64,000 nt of DNA, taken from Bacteroidales bacterium UBA5548. Its GTDB lineage: Bacteria > Bacteroidota > Bacteroidia > Bacteroidales > UBA932. The notes beneath the pieces were generated by a model that searched no databases, had not been told where the DNA came from, and was given only the letters and a program-made list of their open reading frames with translations. The DNA lies in the NCBI GenBank assembly GCA_002425935.1, contig DINE01000027.1, positions 43,742-107,741 of the forward strand. The letters are read 5' to 3'. The translations under genes were made by a program, and so were the position numbers. Shown one piece after another: positions 31,264 to 40,519 of the stretch (its first letter is position 1; each line of letters begins with the position of its first letter).

Positions 31264-32217
31264 TCAGACGAGTAAATAGGTGATGTAGGCGGCGTACATG
31301 ATTATAAGAGTAATACCCTCTTTGCGGTCAATTTTAAGGCCTTTGCCACGGTAGCCGAAAAAGAGGACTACGCCGGTGGCTGCTGCGGCAACTAGTGCAT
31401 CAATTGAACTGCTTGGGGCAAAAGGCAGAGGAGTAATAACAGCGCTGGCTCCAAGTATCAGAAATATGTTGAAGATATTTGAACCGACAACGTTACCGAT
31501 TGCTATATCGCTGTTACCTTTATAGGCAGCCACCATACTTGTTGCCAGTTCCGGAAGCGAGGTGCCCATCGCAACTATTGTGAGGCCGATTACTGTTTCG
31601 CTCATTCCCCAACCGATTGCCAGTTCAGTTGCGCTGCCTACAATCAAATCTCCTCCAAAAACAAGTGCTCCTAAACCTCCGGCAATATAAATTATAGATA
31701 GCCAGACAGAAAGCTTGCTGTCATTCTCTATAACCTCCTCCTCTTTTATCTCCCCTTTTTTGGCAGATAGAAAAATATAGTACATAAAGATTGCAAAGAA
31801 GAGCATCAAAATCATACCGTCGCTTCGGGTAATTACTCCGGGTGTACTGTCGAAAAATGTGTCAGATGCAACAAAAATTAGTGCAAGTGAGGCCAGGATT
31901 GCAAAGGGAATCTCGATTTTCAGGAGTGAATTTTTTAGTCCGATTGGGCTGATAATGGCAGCAAATCCTATTATAACAAGAAAGTTGAAGATGTTGCTTC
32001 CTATAACGTTTCCGATTGCCATGCCGGGGGCATTGTCGAGACTCGCAATAATGTTAACTGATAACTCAGGTGCGGATGTCCCGATTGAAACAACGGTTAG
32101 ACCAATTATCAGATCGGAGACCTTAAGTCTTTTAGCTATTGAGGAGGCTCCTCTGACAAGATAATCGGCTCCGGCGATAAGCAGGACGAAACCAACGATT
32201 AGCAGCAGGTAGTTCAT
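31264..32217 (-). CDS. Ca2+/Na+ antiporter (YrbG family)
   Basis: Two alpha repeats GTSAPE / GTSLPE, each followed by GNVxGSNIFN. Confidence 0.93.
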   Translation of the reverse strand: MNYLLLIVGFVLLIAGADYLVRGASSIAKRLKVSDLIIGLTVVSIGTSAPELSVNIIASLDNAPGMAIGNVIGSNIFNFLVIIGFAAIISPIGLKNSLLKIEIPFAILASLALIFVASDTFFDSTPGVITRSDGMILMLFFAIFMYYIFLSAKKGEIKEEEVIENDSKLSVWLSIIYIAGGLGALVFGGDLIVGSATELAIGWGMSETVIGLTIVAMGTSLPELATSMVAAYKGNSDIAIGNVVGSNIFNIFLILGASAVITPLPFAPSSSIDALVAAAATGVVLFFGYRGKGLKIDRKEGITLIIMYAAYITYLLV

Positions 32218-32792
32218 TATTTGCGGATTATTTTAACGACTCCTCCATCTCCCAGATAGATAATTGACGATGGTTTTCCGGTAAATCCGGCCTCCAGCTC
32301 CGGCTCTGCCTGCCATTTGGTTTTTTCGGTAACCTCATCTTCAAACTCTTCAAAAAGAGATGGGTATCTTTTGTCTGTGAGGCCTTCGGTTGCTGTAACA
32401 ATTGCTCTGCCGAATTTTTTAAGCAGGGCTGTACAAAAAGGGTGTGTAACAACACGGATTGCAGCGGATTTGTCTTCTGAAACAACTTCGGGGGCTACGT
32501 TCATAACTTTTGGGTATATAACAGTAAGAGGGGTATCTGAGACCTCAACCACCTCCTCGGCAATTTCAGGTACCTCTTTTACATATTTATATACACTGTT
32601 CATATCCGGAACCAGTAGTGTCATCCCTTTATTGGTATTGACACCCGATACCGAGATTAATTTCTTAACGGCCTCTGAATTAGTAGCGTCACAACCAAGT
32701 GACCAGACGGTGTCGGTGGGAAACAAAATTAAACCGCCATCTTTTAGTGCTTTAACGGCCTCTTCTACTGCTTTCCTGATTTGAGCTTCCAT
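32217..32792 (-). CDS. Sua5/YrdC/YciO (TsaC-like) family protein with divergent motifs
   Basis: PTDTVWSLGCDA, AIRV, KPSSII; KxR and STSAN motifs not recognisable. Confidence 0.8.
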   Translation of the reverse strand: MEAQIRKAVEEAVKALKDGGLILFPTDTVWSLGCDATNSEAVKKLISVSGVNTNKGMTLLVPDMNSVYKYVKEVPEIAEEVVEVSDTPLTVIYPKVMNVAPEVVSEDKSAAIRVVTHPFCTALLKKFGRAIVTATEGLTDKRYPSLFEEFEDEVTEKTKWQAEPELEAGFTGKPSSIIYLGDGGVVKIIRK

Positions 32793-32835
32793 TGTTGCGT
32801 TTCTGTTTAATTCAAGTTTGTTGCAAAATTATGAT

Positions 32836-33969
32836 TTATCTTTTGTACTCGTTTATTGTCCTGGTATAAATTTCAAATAACTTTTCGGCAGCTTTGTCGT
32901 TTCTGAACTGTTTTGCGTGGTCGAACCCTCTTTCGGTCATGCTGTGTTTGAGAGTTGGTGAAGAGAGTATCATCTCGATTTTGTCTCCTATATCGCTTGG
33001 GGAGAGAGGATTTACATAAAGTGCTGCGTCTCCTCCGGCCTCTGCCATCGATGAGCCTCCGCTTGTTATAACGGGAACACCGTAAGTTATCCCTTCAAGA
33101 ACGGGTATCCCGAATCCTTCTGAATGTGAGACATAGACCAAGGCCTCTGCCAGTGAGTATATTGCGGGCATGAGTGAAAAATCGGCTTCGTGAATCATTA
33201 TCACACGGTCTCTTACTCCCAGTGATTCTGCTGTTGCGGCGATGGTAAGCGCATATGGTGTCCATCTGCCAAAGCAGTATAGTTTAATGTCTTTGGGTAG
33301 TCTTGGCAGTGCTTTGACTATGTTTACTACGTTTTTTCTCTCCTCTATTGCGCCCATTGCTACTATAAAGCGTTTGGGGAGGCTGAACTTCTCTTTGACA
33401 TGTTGAATCTTTTCGGCAGAGGCCTGGGTGTAAAACTGTGGGTCGCAACTTGGGTGTACTATATCGATTTTTGAGCGATCTGTTTTGAAAAACTCTACAA
33501 TGTCATCTGCTGTCTGTTTGCTGACTGCTATAATGCGGTCGGCGGTTTTTACTGAGCGTGAGATTCGGGTGGTGCAGAGCCATCTGTCGAGTGCTCTGTA
33601 ATACATTGGGTACCTGTGGTGGTCCAGATCGTGTATTGTTACTATTTTGGGAATCTCCGTTGTGGTGAGAGGGAGTTCGCCGGTAAGCCCGTGGTATATG
33701 TCTAGCTTGTCTCTCTCTATGGCTTGTTTAATTGAGTACGCTCTCCACCAGGCCGTGGAGATTGCTGAAAGACCTTTTGGGGTGCGTATTTTTACGTTTG
33801 AGTTGTTACGGAAGGCGAACAGCGGGTGATCTTTATATGGTGGGGTGTAGAGGTAATATTCGTTATAGTTGAAGAAGTGGGTAAGCGAGGTTATGGCTGA
33901 GCGGCTGTAGTTGCCCAACCCCCCAAAGTTTTTGAATGCTCGTCTGGCATCAAATCCAATCCTGTACAT
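32836..33969 (-). CDS. Glycosyltransferase family 4
   Basis: GLGNYSR, VTIHDL, ERKN, EGFGIPVLE. Confidence 0.92.
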   Translation of the reverse strand: MYRIGFDARRAFKNFGGLGNYSRSAITSLTHFFNYNEYYLYTPPYKDHPLFAFRNNSNVKIRTPKGLSAISTAWWRAYSIKQAIERDKLDIYHGLTGELPLTTTEIPKIVTIHDLDHHRYPMYYRALDRWLCTTRISRSVKTADRIIAVSKQTADDIVEFFKTDRSKIDIVHPSCDPQFYTQASAEKIQHVKEKFSLPKRFIVAMGAIEERKNVVNIVKALPRLPKDIKLYCFGRWTPYALTIAATAESLGVRDRVIMIHEADFSLMPAIYSLAEALVYVSHSEGFGIPVLEGITYGVPVITSGGSSMAEAGGDAALYVNPLSPSDIGDKIEMILSSPTLKHSMTERGFDHAKQFRNDKAAEKLFEIYTRTINEYKR

Positions 33970-33972
33970 TGT

Positions 33973-35049
33973 TTACGGTATAATAAGCTCTGTTACAACG
34001 GGGTAGTGATCGGAAAATCTTATCCTAGGGGTCTTGTGGCTAAGGCTCCAGATAGGTGACGGATAGAGAATGTAGTCGATTCTAAGCAGTGGCCAGAAAA
34101 GGGAGTAGGTCGCGCTGAACCCTTTGCCGGACTGCCGGAAGGAATCTTTTTTATCGTTAGTTAATTTATTGTAGGTGTATGACATAGGGGTGTCGTTGAG
34201 GTCGCCGCAGATAATTGCGGGGTGACTGCTGTTACTTGAGTGAGCAACGATTGAGTCAACCTGTTGGGCTCTCTTTCTGAATGTCCCTGCCATTCTGTCG
34301 TGAACTTCGTATATCTCATCTGTTACGTTTCTGCTCTCTCTCATCTTCTTTACAAGTGCTGTAAAGGATATTGAGTGTGACTCCAGATGGGTGTTGTAAA
34401 TTCTGAGGGTTTTATTTCTAAACTGAACGTCTGTATAGATGCAGAGGTTTGTACTCCCTTTAAAAACCAATTTTCCCTGATTGGTAATGGGATATTTGCT
34501 GTATGTTATGTTTCCGAACTGTCTGCTGCTTTTTGTGCCAAAAAGGTGGTAATATCGGTGAGGATACTGCCTTAAGATTCCCTCTATCTCTGAAGTGTCT
34601 TTTATATAAAACTCCTGAAAACAGACAACATGAGGGTCCTCCTCTTTGATAAATTTGCTGATCCCCTGAATGTTAAAGTCTCTCTCTTTTTTTTGCCCCT
34701 GTGTAAATGTACCTACATTGTAGGTGCATATTTTAAGCGGCTCCCCCTCTGTGCTTACATTAACATCTCCCCAGCGTACAAACAGCTCGGCAAACAGCAC
34801 GGATGGCAATAGTGCTACAAATGTTATCCACACCGCTCCCGATCTTCTTAGTATTCCCAGCAACAGGACAAAGAGGTTGATAAAGACCAGAGGTATAAAG
34901 TAGAGCCCGAAATAGAGCGGAATCGAGGTGGAAGAGGGGTTAATATAGACTGAGATGTACGACATAACCAGGGCAACTGCCGCCGTTACAACTGTCAGCC
35001 GGAAAAGGAGGGCCAGTGGCCAGGGTGATCTCTTTCTTCTGCTTCCCAT
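33973..35049 (-). CDS. Endonuclease/exonuclease/phosphatase family membrane protein
   Basis: N-terminal TM helices, TYNV, CFQE, GDLND, RIDYI, SDHYP. Confidence 0.9.
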   Translation of the reverse strand: MGSRRKRSPWPLALLFRLTVVTAAVALVMSYISVYINPSSTSIPLYFGLYFIPLVFINLFVLLLGILRRSGAVWITFVALLPSVLFAELFVRWGDVNVSTEGEPLKICTYNVGTFTQGQKKERDFNIQGISKFIKEEDPHVVCFQEFYIKDTSEIEGILRQYPHRYYHLFGTKSSRQFGNITYSKYPITNQGKLVFKGSTNLCIYTDVQFRNKTLRIYNTHLESHSISFTALVKKMRESRNVTDEIYEVHDRMAGTFRKRAQQVDSIVAHSSNSSHPAIICGDLNDTPMSYTYNKLTNDKKDSFRQSGKGFSATYSLFWPLLRIDYILYPSPIWSLSHKTPRIRFSDHYPVVTELIIP

Positions 35050-35061
35050 TCGGGGGGATTT

Positions 35062-35742
35062 TTAAAAGTACATTCTGTTCTTTTTCTTCCAGTATATTAT
35101 AAGCAGATAGCCGAACAACATTCCTCCCAGGTGGGCGAAGTGGGCAATGTTACTTGCCTGATTTGATAACCCCAGATAGAGTTCTATTGCTCCGAATATC
35201 ATTACGAACCATTTAGCTTTTAGCGCAATCGGCGGGAAAATCAGCTGTAATACATTGTTTGGGAACAGCATTCCGTATGCAAGCAGAACTCCAAACACTG
35301 CGCCTGATGCTCCTACCGTAGGTGTCATGTTAAGTATCTGAATGCTGTTTGCTGCCATCATGTTTCCTGCTTCGTATGCATTTTCCAGTGCCGATACCTC
35401 AAGGAAGAGCACTAGTGAGTGCAGCACTGCAGCTCCGAGCCCGGTAACCATGTAGTAGATGAAAAACTTCTGGCTGCCCCAGACCTGTTCAAGTACTATC
35501 CCGAAGATTATCAGGGAGTACATGTTGAAAAAGAGGTGCAGGAAGTTCCCGTGCATAAACATGTGGGTTACTAGCTGATATGGCTTAAACAGTGGAGAGT
35601 CGAAGTAAAACAGCGCAAACTTCTCATACATGAAATCTCCGGTGAGCATGCTTATCAAAAGCATTATAGCGTTAAGTATTACAAGGTTTTTTACTACCGG
35701 AGGCATATTGCCCAGAAAGCCGGATCCTCTGTTTATATACAT
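35062..35742 (-). CDS. Rhomboid intramembrane serine protease
   Basis: HMFMH, HLFFNM, GASG, AHFAHLGG. Confidence 0.95.
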   Translation of the reverse strand: MYINRGSGFLGNMPPVVKNLVILNAIMLLISMLTGDFMYEKFALFYFDSPLFKPYQLVTHMFMHGNFLHLFFNMYSLIIFGIVLEQVWGSQKFFIYYMVTGLGAAVLHSLVLFLEVSALENAYEAGNMMAANSIQILNMTPTVGASGAVFGVLLAYGMLFPNNVLQLIFPPIALKAKWFVMIFGAIELYLGLSNQASNIAHFAHLGGMLFGYLLIIYWKKKNRMYF

Positions 35743-35803
35743 GATAATTATTTTCTTAGTTTGTAACTCGCTTATTAATGGTTGCTGCTATAGGGTTTTC
35801 TAT

Positions 35804-37600
35804 CTATCTGTTGAGTAATGTAAATATCTCGTCAACGCTTATTACCCTTAGACAGGTGTTGCCTGCGGGTGTATAATTTGGCTCCCTGCATGCAAATAGT
35901 GTATCTACCAAAGTTTGTGCCTCAAGGTTGTTAAGCGGTTCATTTTTGCCTGAACTTCCTGCTTTTGCCAGTTTAGCAGCCAGTTGCTCTACCGATCTTT
36001 TACCAAAATCATCTCCACCCTCCGAGAGCATCTCTGCCAGATTGTCAAGAATTTCATCCATTGTCTCAAACTCATCGGGAAAACCCTCCGGCAGGGCACT
36101 CACTGTAACTGCATCTTCGTTAATTGAGATTTCAAACCCAAGATACCGGAGTACGCTTTCGTTCTCCTTTAAGATAGAGATAGTGTTGAATCCCGCAGAT
36201 ACGCTTACCGGGAAAAGCGATTGCTGTATTACTCCCCGTCCTTCACGAAGTGTCTCTGTATATTTTTCGTACAGAATTCTCTCTCTTGCCCGTTTAATAT
36301 CAATAAGTATTACTCCGCTTTTGATTGTGGTCATTATATATCTGCCGGCAATCTGAATGAGTGGTTTGGCAGGAATTGCTTCGTCGTTAAAGAGTGGGTT
36401 TGAGTCTTCGTTTGATGAGTATGAGGAGGCGTGACCGGATCTAGTATTATCTGCAGAGTGAAATCTGCGGTCAATCTCCTCGGTGCTCTCTCCGCCAAGA
36501 TCTTTGAACGGGTTAAATAGCGGGTCGTAGTTTATCTTTGGGGGAGGAACGTAAAAGTTTGTGTTCACCTTTGGAATCTCGGGAGCCCCTTCTGTGTCAA
36601 AATCGATGCTTGGCATAAATGAGTTTTTGCCGAGAGATTCTCTTGTAGCTGAGTAGAGTATGTCAAAGATTGCCGAGTCATCTTCGAACTTTATCTCGGT
36701 CTTTGATGGGTGAATATTTACATCCAGCTTCTGAGGGTCGGTCTCGAAAAAGATGAAGAAAGAGGGTAGGGTTCCTTCGGGGATCAAACCTTCGTAAGCC
36801 TTTAGCAGTGCCTTCTGGAAATAGGGGCTTCTAAAGTAGCGATTGTTAGCAAAGAGGTACTGATAGCCGGGTGTCTTTCTGGCATCTTCCGGTTTGCCAA
36901 TGAAGCCGCCGATGTTGACTATTGAGGTTTTTACCGAAATCTCTACGAGCTCTTTGCCCATATCCTTGCCTGCTGTGTCCTGAATCCGTTTTTTTAGGGT
37001 TGCGGGTGGCAGGTTGAGAATCTCTCCGCTGTTGTGAGAGAGCCTGAAGTGTATATTAGGGCGGGTTATGGCTATTCGTGAGAATTCGGCAACTATCTGC
37101 CTGAACTCTGTGGAGTCGGATTTCAGGAATTTTCTTCTTGCAGGGATGTTGTAAAACAGGTTTCGGACAATAAAGTTAGACCCGTTTGGCGTGGAAACCT
37201 CGCCCTGCGATACCTGCTTAGATTCTGCAAATTTTATCTCAAAACCGGTCTCATCCTCGGCTCTCTTTGTGCGTAAGGTAACCTCGGCAACCGAGCAGAC
37301 AGAGGCAAGTGCCTCTCCGCGAAACCCGAATGTGTTTATATGGCTGAGATCTTCTGCGGTCTCTATTTTAGACGTGGCGTGCCTTAGAAATGCGGTTTTT
37401 GCATCTTCGGGAGACATCCCGCAACCATCATCGATAATCTGAATCAAGGTGCGTCCCGAGTCCCGGATTATTACATGAATGTTCTCTGCGCCGGCATCAA
37501 CAGCGTTCTCTACAAGTTCTTTAACTACAGAGGCCGGCCGTTGCACCACCTCTCCTGCTGCAATCAGATTGGAAATATGAGTCGGAAGTACTCTTATCAT
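35804..37600 (-). CDS. mutL: DNA mismatch repair protein MutL
   Basis: IAAGEVVQRPASVVKELVENAVDAGA, RHATSK, GFRGEAL, DVNIHPSK. Confidence 0.97.
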   Translation of the reverse strand: MIRVLPTHISNLIAAGEVVQRPASVVKELVENAVDAGAENIHVIIRDSGRTLIQIIDDGCGMSPEDAKTAFLRHATSKIETAEDLSHINTFGFRGEALASVCSVAEVTLRTKRAEDETGFEIKFAESKQVSQGEVSTPNGSNFIVRNLFYNIPARRKFLKSDSTEFRQIVAEFSRIAITRPNIHFRLSHNSGEILNLPPATLKKRIQDTAGKDMGKELVEISVKTSIVNIGGFIGKPEDARKTPGYQYLFANNRYFRSPYFQKALLKAYEGLIPEGTLPSFFIFFETDPQKLDVNIHPSKTEIKFEDDSAIFDILYSATRESLGKNSFMPSIDFDTEGAPEIPKVNTNFYVPPPKINYDPLFNPFKDLGGESTEEIDRRFHSADNTRSGHASSYSSNEDSNPLFNDEAIPAKPLIQIAGRYIMTTIKSGVILIDIKRARERILYEKYTETLREGRGVIQQSLFPVSVSAGFNTISILKENESVLRYLGFEISINEDAVTVSALPEGFPDEFETMDEILDNLAEMLSEGGDDFGKRSVEQLAAKLAKAGSSGKNEPLNNLEAQTLVDTLFACREPNYTPAGNTCLRVISVDEIFTLLNR

Positions 37601-37625
37601 GTGCAATTTTTACGAAAGGCGAGTT

Positions 37626-37934
37626 CTAAATAAAGAACAGGCCGATTGATTTGGCAAAGAAATAGAGGGCTGTGGCAAGTCCTACAATGGAGATAAGAAC
37701 AATAATTCTCATGACAAAGGGAGAGCCGGCCTGTTTGCGGTTCTCGTACACTGCCTTGCGAAAATTGGTCCTGATGTTTCTTCCCGGTACATAGTCGTGT
37801 TCCTTTCCCTTCTCCTCTTCCCTTGCACGGGCAATTCTCTCTTCGAGTGCCTCTTTGCGAGGGTCATAGTAGCGGGGCTGATAGTTGAAGACTCTGTGTT
37901 TAGGAGTCTTGAAAAAGCTAAAATTTAAACCCAT
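37626..37934 (-). CDS. Conserved hypothetical membrane-anchored protein
   Basis: FNYQPRYYDP motif and C-terminal TM helix; TATCTTTG -7 box upstream on the - strand. Confidence 0.75.
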   Translation of the reverse strand: MGLNFSFFKTPKHRVFNYQPRYYDPRKEALEERIARAREEEKGKEHDYVPGRNIRTNFRKAVYENRKQAGSPFVMRIIVLISIVGLATALYFFAKSIGLFFI

Positions 37935-38073
37935 AACCCTAATTTTATCTCAACAAAGATAACAATAAATATAGGATTTTTGTTTTAGCTTTGTGTTGCA
38001 CATAACATTTGAGTTTAACCACAAGAGTCGAAGTTAAACCCGAATGTGGCATTTATTAAATTGCATTAACTAT

Positions 38074-38550
38074 ATGTACAGAATTGGAAATGGATATGAT
38101 GTTCACTCGCTGGCTCCGGGCTTCCCCCTCTGGATCTGCGGGTTAAAGATTGAACACGAAAAAGGTTGTGTCGCACACTCAGACGGGGACACACCTATTC
38201 ATGCCTTGTGTGATGCAATGCTTGGGGCTTTGGCTCTGGGCGACATCGGAAAGCACTTTCCCGACACCTCTGACCAGTACAAAGGGATAGACAGCAAAAT
38301 TCTGCTCAAAGAGGTTAGCACATTGATTGCCCGGCACGGTTACAGAGTTGCCAATGCCGATATCACAATTGCCCTGCAGCGCCCGAAACTTGCACCGCAC
38401 ATCGTTGAAATGCGAACCGTGCTGGCAGGCATAATCGGCTGCACAGCAGACCGCATCTCGGTAAAAGCCACCACCACCGAACGCCTCGGCTTTGTCGGTC
38501 GCGAAGAGGGCATAGAAGCCTACGCCACCGTCCTCCTCGAGAAAATTTAA
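38074..38550 (+). CDS. ispF: 2-C-methyl-D-erythritol 2,4-cyclodiphosphate synthase
   Basis: GYDVH, HSDGD, GDIGKHFPD, KATTTE. Confidence 0.97.
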   Translation: MYRIGNGYDVHSLAPGFPLWICGLKIEHEKGCVAHSDGDTPIHALCDAMLGALALGDIGKHFPDTSDQYKGIDSKILLKEVSTLIARHGYRVANADITIALQRPKLAPHIVEMRTVLAGIIGCTADRISVKATTTERLGFVGREEGIEAYATVLLEKI

Positions 38551-38580
38551 ATGCGCCATCATTCCACTATACTCCTGCCG

Positions 38581-38624
38581 GTCATTCGTATGTGCCGTCA
38601 TTCGTATGTACCGTCATTCGTATG
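38581..38624. repeat. Three tandem copies of a 16-bp unit (core GTCATTCGTATG)
   Basis: Core at 38581, 38597 and 38613. Confidence 0.9.
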
Positions 38625-38833
38625 CAAGGCACTAAGTCACTGTACATCACGAAAATACTGCAGCGCAACATGCAGAATCTTTGCGTGCAACCCCTTTATA
38701 CTTCTGCTTGCCAAAAGCTTACCTTCCAAAAACATTCCCTCAAAGCTTCTGCCAGCTTTTTTTCAGGTGCTTTTTTAATGCCACAAGGCCTAACTTCTTA
38801 TAAATGAGGGATTAGGAAAGAATTCCCAGGGAT

Positions 38834-38973
38834 TTCTCCGCGCCACTTTTGCGCATATTATTGGGTATGTGGTCATTATAAAAAGGACTCTCGCATTATG
38901 AATTCGCTATTTTGCGAAGTCTCATTTTCAAGTAACTTATTATTAGCAAGTTGAGCAAAAGTGGCGCGGAGAA
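38834..38973. repeat. 140-bp element bounded by perfect 19-bp inverted repeats (MITE-like)
   Basis: TTCTCCGCGCCACTTTTGC (38834-38852) and GCAAAAGTGGCGCGGAGAA (38955-38973). Confidence 0.7.
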
Positions 38974-39122
38974 TTTTGCACACACTATTTGCAAATAGAT
39001 TAAGGGCTACTTACATTAAGAAACGGTTGATTTTAAGTTGTTACGTAAGTCCCAGACAAAGAGTGGTTTATAGAATGAGCGTACCTTAAATACGATGGGT
39101 GATTTATGTAAGACGCATTTAT

Positions 39123-39938
39123 TCAGCGTTTTAGAGGAGAACTTAAATCGAGTAAATGTTGCAGGCGGGTTTCGTAGACGCTTTTTTTGAACAGACGGTA
39201 ATGCGGGTCATATTGCTGAGAATATACTTCGCTGTGGTGAACCACGTACTTGCCCTTTGAAAGAAGAGAATCCAGAAACTTAGAATCCTTATCGAAATCC
39301 GGCAATTGCGGATACAACCTCCTTATAACCCTCTCAATTTTGCGCCACTCACCCCTCCACTCCTCAACCTCAGGCATCTGCACACCCTGCGCACTCTCCA
39401 TAAAAGCCTCCATGAAAGTAGAATAGTCAATCACTCCCTCCTTCAGAACCACCAGATCGACCCGCACAAAGTTCCCCTCCCATCCCGTAACCTCTGCACG
39501 ACTAACCTGCGATGGCCCGGTTACACTTTGAAGCTCCCTTCTGAGGTAAGCCCCCGCAGCAGCCGAATCCGCAATCATATGGCCCGGGCCGAACTTGTCA
39601 TGAAAAAAGTTCTTGTACACATCAACAAGCCGGGAATCAGGGTAATGACTAATCTGTAGCGCCACACTCTCGGCAACCCTCTGCTCAAACACCCCTCCAC
39701 CACTACCACACGAAGGCACCAATAAAGCCGCCACAACTGCAGCAATCCCGACCGAAACTCTGACAAAACTTACAGAAGCAACATTCCCCCTGGTTTGTGA
39801 TAAAACTCTAAACATTGCTTTTAACCTGTTGTCTGCAATAACTCCGTATACATCACGTCTGCATAAAGATACACAAACCCCTCGCCAAGTGCGGGAAATA
39901 CCCTGAAGCAGATGTTTAAAAATTCTCATAGAACCCAA
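39123..39938 (-). CDS. Hypothetical protein, probable lipoprotein; true start probably downstream of 39938
   Basis: Hydrophobic stretch ending LLVPSC, then a globular domain (DVYKNFFHDKFGPGH...HHSEVY...PHYRL). Confidence 0.7.
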   Translation of the reverse strand: MGSMRIFKHLLQGISRTWRGVCVSLCRRDVYGVIADNRLKAMFRVLSQTRGNVASVSFVRVSVGIAAVVAALLVPSCGSGGGVFEQRVAESVALQISHYPDSRLVDVYKNFFHDKFGPGHMIADSAAAGAYLRRELQSVTGPSQVSRAEVTGWEGNFVRVDLVVLKEGVIDYSTFMEAFMESAQGVQMPEVEEWRGEWRKIERVIRRLYPQLPDFDKDSKFLDSLLSKGKYVVHHSEVYSQQYDPHYRLFKKSVYETRLQHLLDLSSPLKR

Positions 39939-39962
39939 AGGTATATAAATCGCTCAAAAGAA

Positions 39963-39993
39963 TTTGTCACATTACAAAAAAGTATTACTTTTG
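39963..39993 (+). promoter_or_regulatory. Sigma-A promoter for tRNA-Met
   Basis: TTTG (39963-39966), 19 nt, TACTTTTG (39986-39993). Confidence 0.75.
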
Positions 39994-40005
39994 CACTCCA
40001 ATTCC

Positions 40006-40079
40006 GGCGCGATAGCTCAGATGGTTAGAGCGCATGATTCATAATCATGAGGTCCCCAGTTCAATCCTGGGTCGCGCTA
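40006..40079 (+). tRNA. tRNA with CAT anticodon (probably elongator Met)
   Basis: GGCGCGA/TCGCGCT acceptor stem, CATGA-TTCATAA-TCATG anticodon arm, GTTCAAT T-loop. Confidence 0.95.
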
Positions 40080-40205
40080 CAAGAGAGGAAAACCCTTTGC
40101 CAAACAGCAAGGGGTTTTTGTTTTGGACCGACTCAAGCTTGCTTGAAGGAGGTCTCAAAACAAATAATCCCAAGGGAGCTTTGCTCCCGGGGTTTTCCTC
40201 TCTTG
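40080..40205. repeat. Long branched palindrome directly behind tRNA-Met, containing its terminator
   Basis: CAAGAGAGGAAAACCC (40080-40095) pairs perfectly with GGGTTTTCCTCTCTTG (40190-40205); inner TTTGTTTTGGACC / GGTCTCAAAACAAA arms. Confidence 0.85.
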
Positions 40206-40460
40206 GGCTGTTTTGCCGACCGTTTCAGGATCAACGACCGCAGGGAGGTAATCCTGGCCTTGGGCTGTTTTGCCGACCGTTTCAGGATCAACGTCCGCAG
40301 GGAGGTAATCCTGGCCTTTGGGCTGTTTTGCCGACCGTTTCAGGATCACGGAGCAAAGCGACGTAATCCTGAGGAGCAAAACGAAGTACCCGGGGTTCTC
40401 TTCTCATGGGCTGTTTTGCCGACCATTTCAGGATCAACGACCGCAGGGAGGTAATCCTGA
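40204..40460. repeat. Four copies of a ~55-bp REP-like hairpin unit
   Basis: TGGGCTGTTTTGCCGACCRTTTCAGGATCA...GTAATCCTG starting at 40204, 40261, 40319 and 40407. Confidence 0.9.
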
Positions 40461-40519
40461 AAAGACATCAGAAGCGTTGCTGCTAATAACTTTATTACTA
40501 ATAATGTTATTACAAATAA

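Noticed and set aside
40204-40460. Possible CRISPR array
   Set aside because: The sequences between repeats are near-identical rather than unique spacers, spacing is irregular, and no cas genes are in the window.
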